Positions 1 to 5,744 of a DNA stretch of 5,744 bases are shown in pieces. Under the pieces are notes generated by a model, which saw nothing but the letters and a program-made list of their open reading frames with translations, had not been told where the DNA came from and did no database searches. The translations under genes were made by a program, and so were the position numbers. Positions within the stretch are counted from its first letter, which is position 1; every line of letters begins with the position of its first letter. Source of the DNA: a virus (taxonomy: Duplodnaviria > Heunggongvirae > Uroviricota > Caudoviricetes); IMG/VR virus record IMGVR_UViG_2529292908_000002, one strand, 5' to 3'.

Positions 1-41
1 GCATACCCCGCCCTGCCCTCGATTCATGGGATGCTGAATAT

Positions 42-2279
42 ATGCAGGAAAACCGCTGGGATGAGGAGTCTGCTTCCTTTGTCCCGGTTGAGACTGAATC
101 CGATCCGATGAACGTCACTTTTGACAACCTAGCCCCTGAAGTACAGAACGCTGTCATGGTTAAGTTCGACACATGTGAAAACATCACCGTTGATATGGTG
201 ATTAGCGCACAGGAATTGTTGCAGGAAGACATGGCAACATTCGACGGCCACATCGTTGAAGCGTTGATGAAAATGCCAGAAGTTAACGCTATGTATCCGG
301 AGCTTAAGCTGCATGCCATCGGGTGGGTTAAGCATAAATGTAAGCCTGGTGCCAAATGGCCCGAAATTCAGGCAGAGATGCGCATCTGGAAAAAAACGTC
401 GCGAAAGGTGAACGCAAGGAAGCCGGAAAATACACGTCTGTTGTTGATCTCGCCCGCGCCAGAGCCAATCAACAACACACTGAAAAATTCAACAGGAAAA
501 ATCAACCCGGTCATTGCTGCCATTCATCGCGAATACAAGCAGACATGGAAAACACTGGATGACGAACTGGCCTACGCTCTCTGGCCTGGTGATGTGGATG
601 CCGGAAACATTGACGGCAGCATCCATCGCTGGGCAAAAAATGAAGTTATCGACAACGACCGCGAAGACTGGAAGCGTATCTCGGCATCAATGCGCAAACA
701 GCCTGATGCCCTTCGCTACGACCGCCAGACTATTTTTGGCCTTGTCCGTGAACGTCCGATCGACATTCACAAAGACCCCGTGGCACTGAACAAATACATC
801 ACTGAATACCTGACTACAAAGGGCGTGTTTGAAGATGAAGGAACAAATCAGAGCGCAACTGATACTCTCTCGTCGCCAGTACCAGAAACTGATGCAGTGG
901 AAACGGCAATTCCAGACAACGAAAAAACCGAATGCAAAGTGGAAGTCGAACCATCTGTAGAGCGTGAGGGGCCGTTCTATTTCCTCTTCGCAGATAAGGA
1001 CGGAGAAAAATACGGTCGCGCAAACAAACTTTCTGGTCTGGATAAGGCACTGGCTGCTGGCGCCACTGAAATCACAAAAGAAGAATATTTTGCCCGAAAA
1101 AATGGCACATACACGGGCTTACCGCAAAATGTAGATACCGCTGAAGACTCAGAACAACCAGAGCCGATAAAAGTTACCGCTGACGAAGTAAACAAAATTA
1201 TGCAGGCAGCCAATATCAGCCAGCCTGACGCCGATAAGTTGCTTGCTGCATCACGTGGTGAATTTGTTGAAGGGATTAGTGACCCGAATGATCCGAAATG
1301 GGTTAAGGGGATCCAGACCCGCGATTCTGTGAACCAGAACCAGCATGAATCGGAACGGAACTACCAAAAAGCGGAACAAAACAGCCCAAATGCGTTACAA
1401 AACGAGCCAGAAACGAAACAGCCTGAATCAGTGGCGCAACAGGAAGTGGAAAAAGTCTGCACCGCCTGCGGTCAGACCGGCGGCGGTAACTGCCCTGATT
1501 GTGGCGCGGTAATGGGCGACGCAACATACCAGGAAACATTCGATGAAGAGTATCAGGTTGAAGTTCAGAAAGATGATCCGGAGGAAATGGAAGGCGCTGA
1601 ACATCCACACAAGGAGAACACTGGCGGCAATCAGCATCACGATAGCGATAATGAAACTGGCGAGACGGCAGATCACTCAATTAAGGTGAACGGTCATCAC
1701 GAAATCACATCCACCAGCAGGACGTGTGACCATCTAATGATCGACCTTGAAACCATGGGAAAAAATCCTGATGCCCCGATCATCTCAATAGGTGCAATAT
1801 TTTTCGATCCGCAAACCGGAGATATGGGACCGGAATTTAGTAAGACTATCGATCTGGAAACTGCTGGCGGAGTCATTGATCGGGACACCATTAAATGGTG
1901 GCTTAAGCAATCACGCGAAGCGCAATCGGCCATTATGACCGATGAAATCCCGTTAGATGATGCACTGTTACAATTGCGGGAATTTATCGACGAAAACTCC
2001 GGTGAATTTTTTGTTCAGGTCTGGGGAAATGGAGCCAACTTCGACAACACGATTTTGCGCCGTTCATACGAACGGCAGGGGATCCCCTGCCCGTGGCGTT
2101 ACTACAACGATCGCGATGTACGCACAATCGTTGAGCTGGGGAAAGCCATAGACTTCGATGCCAGAACGGCTATTCCATTCGAAGGTGAGCGCCATAATGC
2201 ACTTGATGACGCCCGTTACCAGGCAAAATACGTTTCAGTTATCTGGCAAAAACTGATCCCGAGTCAGGCTGATTTTTAA
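42..2279 (+). CDS. Prophage RecE (exonuclease VIII)-family protein with a C-terminal DnaQ-like DEDDh 3'-5' exonuclease domain; may extend upstream of the window
   Basis: Uninterrupted 745-codon ORF. C-terminal ~180 aa (about 1737..2279) carry the three DEDDh motifs: MIDLETMG (Exo I), GNGANFDNTIL (Exo II), HNALDDARYQAKY (Exo III). The central segment DADKLLAASRGEFVEGISDPNDPKWVKGIQTRD and the upstream LNKYITEYLTT region match what I recall of E. coli Rac RecE. A CxxC-x7-CxxC motif sits at 1458..1502, embedded in an acidic low-complexity linker. No in-frame stop between position 3 and the ATG at 42, and no obvious RBS, so the true start may lie upstream. Confidence 0.8.
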   Translation: MQENRWDEESASFVPVETESDPMNVTFDNLAPEVQNAVMVKFDTCENITVDMVISAQELLQEDMATFDGHIVEALMKMPEVNAMYPELKLHAIGWVKHKCKPGAKWPEIQAEMRIWKKTSRKVNARKPENTRLLLISPAPEPINNTLKNSTGKINPVIAAIHREYKQTWKTLDDELAYALWPGDVDAGNIDGSIHRWAKNEVIDNDREDWKRISASMRKQPDALRYDRQTIFGLVRERPIDIHKDPVALNKYITEYLTTKGVFEDEGTNQSATDTLSSPVPETDAVETAIPDNEKTECKVEVEPSVEREGPFYFLFADKDGEKYGRANKLSGLDKALAAGATEITKEEYFARKNGTYTGLPQNVDTAEDSEQPEPIKVTADEVNKIMQAANISQPDADKLLAASRGEFVEGISDPNDPKWVKGIQTRDSVNQNQHESERNYQKAEQNSPNALQNEPETKQPESVAQQEVEKVCTACGQTGGGNCPDCGAVMGDATYQETFDEEYQVEVQKDDPEEMEGAEHPHKENTGGNQHHDSDNETGETADHSIKVNGHHEITSTSRTCDHLMIDLETMGKNPDAPIISIGAIFFDPQTGDMGPEFSKTIDLETAGGVIDRDTIKWWLKQSREAQSAIMTDEIPLDDALLQLREFIDENSGEFFVQVWGNGANFDNTILRRSYERQGIPCPWRYYNDRDVRTIVELGKAIDFDARTAIPFEGERHNALDDARYQAKYVSVIWQKLIPSQADF

Positions 2280-2290
2280 TGTTCAACCGT

Positions 2291-2322
2291 CGCCAGTTGT
2301 CGTTGATATTCTGCAACTGGCG
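2291..2322. repeat. Perfect 9-bp inverted repeat (CGCCAGTTG / CAACTGGCG) with a 14-nt spacer, in the exo-xis intergenic region
   Basis: Read directly: cgccagttg at 2291..2299 and caactggcg at 2314..2322. No T-run follows, so it is not a typical intrinsic terminator; it could be an RNA hairpin or a protein-binding palindrome. Confidence 0.3.
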
Positions 2323-2340
2323 CGTTCCGGAGTGATAGCC

Positions 2341-2437
2341 ATGAGCGAACAGTACCTGATAACGCTCGACGAGTGGAAACCAAAACGGTTCAGTCTCCCA
2401 ATAACAAACACTACCCTGGTGAAATACGGAAAACTAG
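2341..2437 (+). pseudogene. xis: Excisionase (lambda Xis family), 5' fragment (codons 1-32), interrupted by the IS5 insertion
   Basis: ATG at 2341 preceded by GGAG at 2329..2332. Translation MSEQYLITLDEWKPKRFSLPITNTTLVKYGKL resembles the lambda Xis N-terminus (MYLTLQEWNARQRRPRSLETVRRW...). The frame runs into IS5 and stops at 2458..2460, giving a 39-aa truncated product. Confidence 0.75.
2434..2437. repeat. Target-site duplication CTAG (left copy) of the IS5 insertion
   Basis: CTAG immediately abuts the left inverted repeat and is repeated at 3633..3636. IS5 is known to make 4-bp duplications at YTAR targets. Confidence 0.85.
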
Positions 2438-2453
2438 GGAAGGTGCGAACAAG
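2438..2453. repeat. IS5 left terminal inverted repeat
   Basis: GGAAGGTGCGAACAAG; matches the right end in reverse complement at 15 of 16 positions. Confidence 0.85.
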
Positions 2454-2460
2454 TTCCTGA

Positions 2461-3498
<1,038 letters not shown>

Positions 3499-3616
3499 CG
3501 CCAGAAATGGTGGAAAAAATAGCCTAAATAGGCTGATTCGATGTGTTTGCGGGAAAAAAATCGGCCCAGATCCGCGAAATTTTAATCAGCGAGTCAGCTT
3601 GGGAAGAAATGACCTG

Positions 3617-3632
3617 CTTATTCGCACCTTCC
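3617..3632. repeat. IS5 right terminal inverted repeat
   Basis: CTTATTCGCACCTTCC, reverse complement GGAAGGTGCGAATAAG. Confidence 0.85.
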
Positions 3633-3636
3633 CTAG
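3633..3636. repeat. Target-site duplication CTAG (right copy) of the IS5 insertion
   Basis: Directly follows the right inverted repeat and is identical to 2434..2437. Confidence 0.85.
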
Positions 3637-3809
3637 GATACATCGTTCCAAGACCACAAAAAATTCGTGGGCGTTGGCTGATAGATCGCCGAGCAGTATT
3701 TGTTGGGCCTGGTGAAACGGGAATTGCGCCGGAAATTCATACTGGCGATGATGATGCACTGAAGGAGATTTTAACTCATGTCACCGAGGCCACGAAAAAA
3801 CAGCACTGA
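3633..3809 (+). pseudogene. xis: Excisionase (lambda Xis family), 3' fragment, separated from its 5' part by IS5
   Basis: Frame from CTA GGA at 3633 gives LGYIVPRPQKIRGRWLIDRRAVFVGPGETG...KKQH, stop at 3807..3809. Removing IS5 plus one CTAG copy joins it in frame to 2341..2437, restoring an 89-aa Xis-like ORF. The 3' end overlaps the int start by about 30 bp, as in lambda. The Met at 3543 in the ORF track lies inside IS5 and is fortuitous. Confidence 0.75.
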
Positions 3810-4895
3810 CGTAGCCGGTCTTTACGAAAAGTTTGATCGCAGAACTGGCAGAGTTTACTACCAGTATAAAAATCCTGTGACTGGAAAATTTCACGGACTC
3901 GGAACAGACAAAGGTAAGGCAGAAAAAATCGCTTCCACAGCCAATCAGCGAATAGCTGCAGCAGAAGCTGAATATTTCATGCGCAAAATTGATGAAAGTC
4001 CGTCAGCAACAAAACGTCGGGGTATCAGATTAAAGGCATGGGTTGATCGATATCTGAAAATACAGGACACGCGACTGAAAAATGGAGATATTGCAGCTAC
4101 AACTCACAAAGAAAAACTCGAATGGCTGCATACCTGGTTTCCCGTCTGGGAAACCACCCATTGAAAGAACTGGAAGTAAGAGACTTTGCATTAATACTGG
4201 ATGAGTGGCTGGATAAAGACATGGTCAGCACAGCGAGAGTAAATCGTGGATTATGGGTTGATATTTATAAAGAAGCACAGCATGCAGGGGAAGTTCCTCC
4301 TGGATGGAATCCTCCGGAGGCTACCCGTAAACCGATCCCTAAAGTAACCAGAGCCAGGCTCACCATGGAAGACTGGCAAAAAATTTACAATGCAACGCCT
4401 GAAAAACACTTTATCCGTAACGCAATGCTTCTTGCGATTGTTACTGGTCAGCGCCGTGATGACATTTGCCACATGCGTTTTTCAGATGTGTGGAACGAAC
4501 ACTTGCATATCACCCAGGGAAAAACCGGAATGCGTCTGGCGTTACCGCTTACACTACGCTGTGATGCCATTGGGATAACGTTAAAAGAAGTTATTGATGG
4601 GTGCCGAGACAGAATATTAAGTCCATATCTAATCCATAGTCGGCACCAGAAACAACCGAAGCCGATGAGTAAAGACAACCTGAGCGACTACTTTGCCAAA
4701 GCACGGGATCTGGCTGGGATAATTCCACCAGCAGGAAAAACTCCGCCAACATTTCATGAACAACGCTCTCTATCAGAACGGCTGTACCGTGCACAGGGTA
4801 TCGATACAAAAACATTACTAGGACATAAAGTCCAGGCAACCACCGATCGCTATAACGATACTCGAGGTCAGGAATGGGTTAAGCTGGTTATTTGA
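3778..4895 (+). pseudogene. int: Lambda-type tyrosine integrase, frameshifted at about 4135..4150 (two ORFs, 3778..4164 and 4122..4895)
   Basis: N-terminal part (YQYKNPVTGKFHGLGTDK) resembles the lambda Int arm-binding domain (YCYRDPRTGKEFGLGRDR). C-terminal part aligns with the lambda Int catalytic domain: LAIVTGQRRDDICHMRFSDV vs lambda LAVVTGQRVGDLCEMKWSDI, PPTFHEQRSLSERLY vs PPTFHELRSLSARLY, LGHK...YNDTRGQEW vs LGHK...YRDDRGREW. The two halves sit in frames 1 and 3, overlapping at tggtttcccgtctgggaaacc; restoring one C or T in that run would give WFPRLGNHPLKEL, which aligns with lambda AIRRGLPDAPLEDI. Confidence 0.85.
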
Positions 4896-5119
4896 CAAAC
4901 ACCATATGGAATATCCGTCACCATCTCAGGAAAAAAGTGTTGTAAAATGCGTGGCCTAGTTTTGGGGAAACGTTTTGGAGAGATTTTGGAGAAAGGAAAA
5001 AATTGAATAAATTCAAAATCCTGAAAGTGCTCCACCTTATGAATAATCAGGTGATCCACTTCCCGGAGCACCACTGGAACCACCTGAAACAAATGTCATC
5101 GAATGGGTATGTGCACCGG
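4896..5119. other. Candidate phage attachment region (AT-rich, non-coding) downstream of int
   Basis: In lambda the att site lies just beyond the int 3' end. This 224-bp stretch is AT-rich, has no convincing ORF, and ends abruptly where J-like homology begins on the opposite strand. The core site cannot be pinpointed from sequence alone. Confidence 0.4.
4959..4995 (+). repeat. Three tandem direct repeats (GTTTTGGGGA / GTTTTGGAGAGA / TTTTGGAGAAAG), candidate integrase arm-type binding sites
   Basis: TTTTGGAGA occurs at 4973..4981 and 4984..4992 (11-bp register); TTTTGGGGA at 4960..4968. They sit about 65-100 bp past the int stop, which is where lambda has its tandem P' arm sites. Confidence 0.35.
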
Positions 5120-5744
5120 CTGTCCCCATGCATTTACCGCCCGGACTGTCAGCCTGTAATTTCCCAGCGCCAGCTGCGTGAAGCGATATGTGGTTTCCGT
5201 CGTCCGGGCCGTGCTGACCAACCGCTCACTGCCGTCGTCCGCTGCCACGGTCAGGCGAAGCATAAAGCTCACCCCCTTCACCACCTTCGGCGTGTCCCAG
5301 CGCGCCAGCACCTGGTATTCCCCGCTGTCTGCGGTGACTTCTGCGGTCAGGTGCTGAACTGCTGGCGGCGTGACACCATTCACCGTGCCGCTCTGGTCAC
5401 CGTCAAAGTGCGCCCCGTTATCAGTTCATCCAGCGCGGCTGCTTTGTTCATGGCTTTGATGATATCCCGTTTCAGGAAATCAACATGTCGGTTTTCCAGT
5501 TCCGGAAAACGCCGCTGCACCGACAGGGGATCCCGTCGAGAATACTGGCAATTTCACCTGCGATCCGCGACAGCACGAAAGTACAGAATGCGGTTTCCAC
5601 CACTTCAGCGGAGTCTCTGGCATTTTTCAGCTCCTGTGCGTCGGCCTGCGCACGCGTAAGTCGATGGCGTTCGTACTCAATAGTCCCTGGCTGGAGATCT
5701 GTCTCGCTGGCCTGCCGCAGTTCTTCAACTTCCCGGCGCAGCTT
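5120..5744 (-). pseudogene. Phage tail-tip / host-specificity (lambda J-like) gene remnant, 3'-truncated and frame-disrupted; continues beyond the window end
   Basis: Minus-strand translation of about 5120..5420 reads DNGAHFDGDQSGTVNGVTPPAVQHLTAEVTADSGEYQVLARWDTPKVVKGVSFMLRLTVAADDGSERLVSTARTTETTYRFTQLALGNYRLTVRAVNAWGQ, which matches a segment of lambda J as I recall it. Homology stops after NAWGQ at about 5120. Upstream (5420..5744) the protein-like reading frame changes twice (near 5420..5426 and about 5470..5480) and no longer resembles lambda J. Confidence 0.6.

Noticed and set aside
129-2151. Small ORFs nested in or antisense to the exonuclease gene (e.g. 129..335 -, 356..562 +, 514..789 +, 814..1050 -, 977..1213 -, 1303..1680 -, 1428..1676 -, 1697..1933 -, 1957..2151 +)
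   Set aside because: All are fully contained within the long, well-supported 42..2279 ORF and have unremarkable or junk-like translations.
3637-3780. cII-dependent pI-like promoter (TTGC-N6-TTGC) inside xis
   Set aside because: Only a loose TTGC…TTCA arrangement is present near 3720..3745; not convincing without a search.
3543-3809. 88-aa ORF in the track starting with Met at 3543
   Set aside because: Its first 30 codons lie inside the IS5 right end. Only 3633..3809 is genuine xis sequence; the Met is a fortuitous in-frame start created by the insertion.
4251-5092. Minus-strand and alternate-frame ORFs within int and the att region (4251..4472 -, 4390..4578 +, 4448..4678 -, 4591..4839 -, 4868..5092 -)
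   Set aside because: They overlap the conserved integrase frame or lie in the AT-rich att region, and their translations are not protein-like.
4896-5119. Possible tRNA/tmRNA integration target next to int
   Set aside because: No GC-rich cloverleaf-like stems or a CCA-proximal acceptor pattern are visible; the region is AT-rich.
5003-5659. 218-aa plus-strand ORF
   Set aside because: Arg/Cys/His-rich, low-complexity translation, antisense to the protein-like J-related frame on the minus strand; a typical shadow ORF.

Overview
This window looks like the integration/recombination end of a lambdoid (enterobacterial) prophage, with all main genes on the + strand: a large RecE-family exonuclease gene (42..2279), an excisionase gene (xis) split in two by an IS5-family insertion sequence (IS5 at 2438..3632, flanked by a CTAG target-site duplication), and a lambda-type tyrosine integrase (3778..4895) that carries a frameshift near 4135..4150. 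Downstream of int lies an AT-rich candidate att region (4896..5119) with three tandem direct repeats, then an abrupt junction into a minus-strand fragment of a lambda J-like tail-tip gene (5120 to window end) that is itself frame-disrupted. I see no CRISPR array, tRNA or rRNA. I did not find a convincing novel multi-gene system; the most unusual element is the exonuclease, whose C-terminus is a DnaQ-like DEDDh 3'-5' exonuclease domain rather than the canonical RecE nuclease, with no annealase partner gene. All similarity statements come from reading the translations and recalled family sequences, not from database searches.
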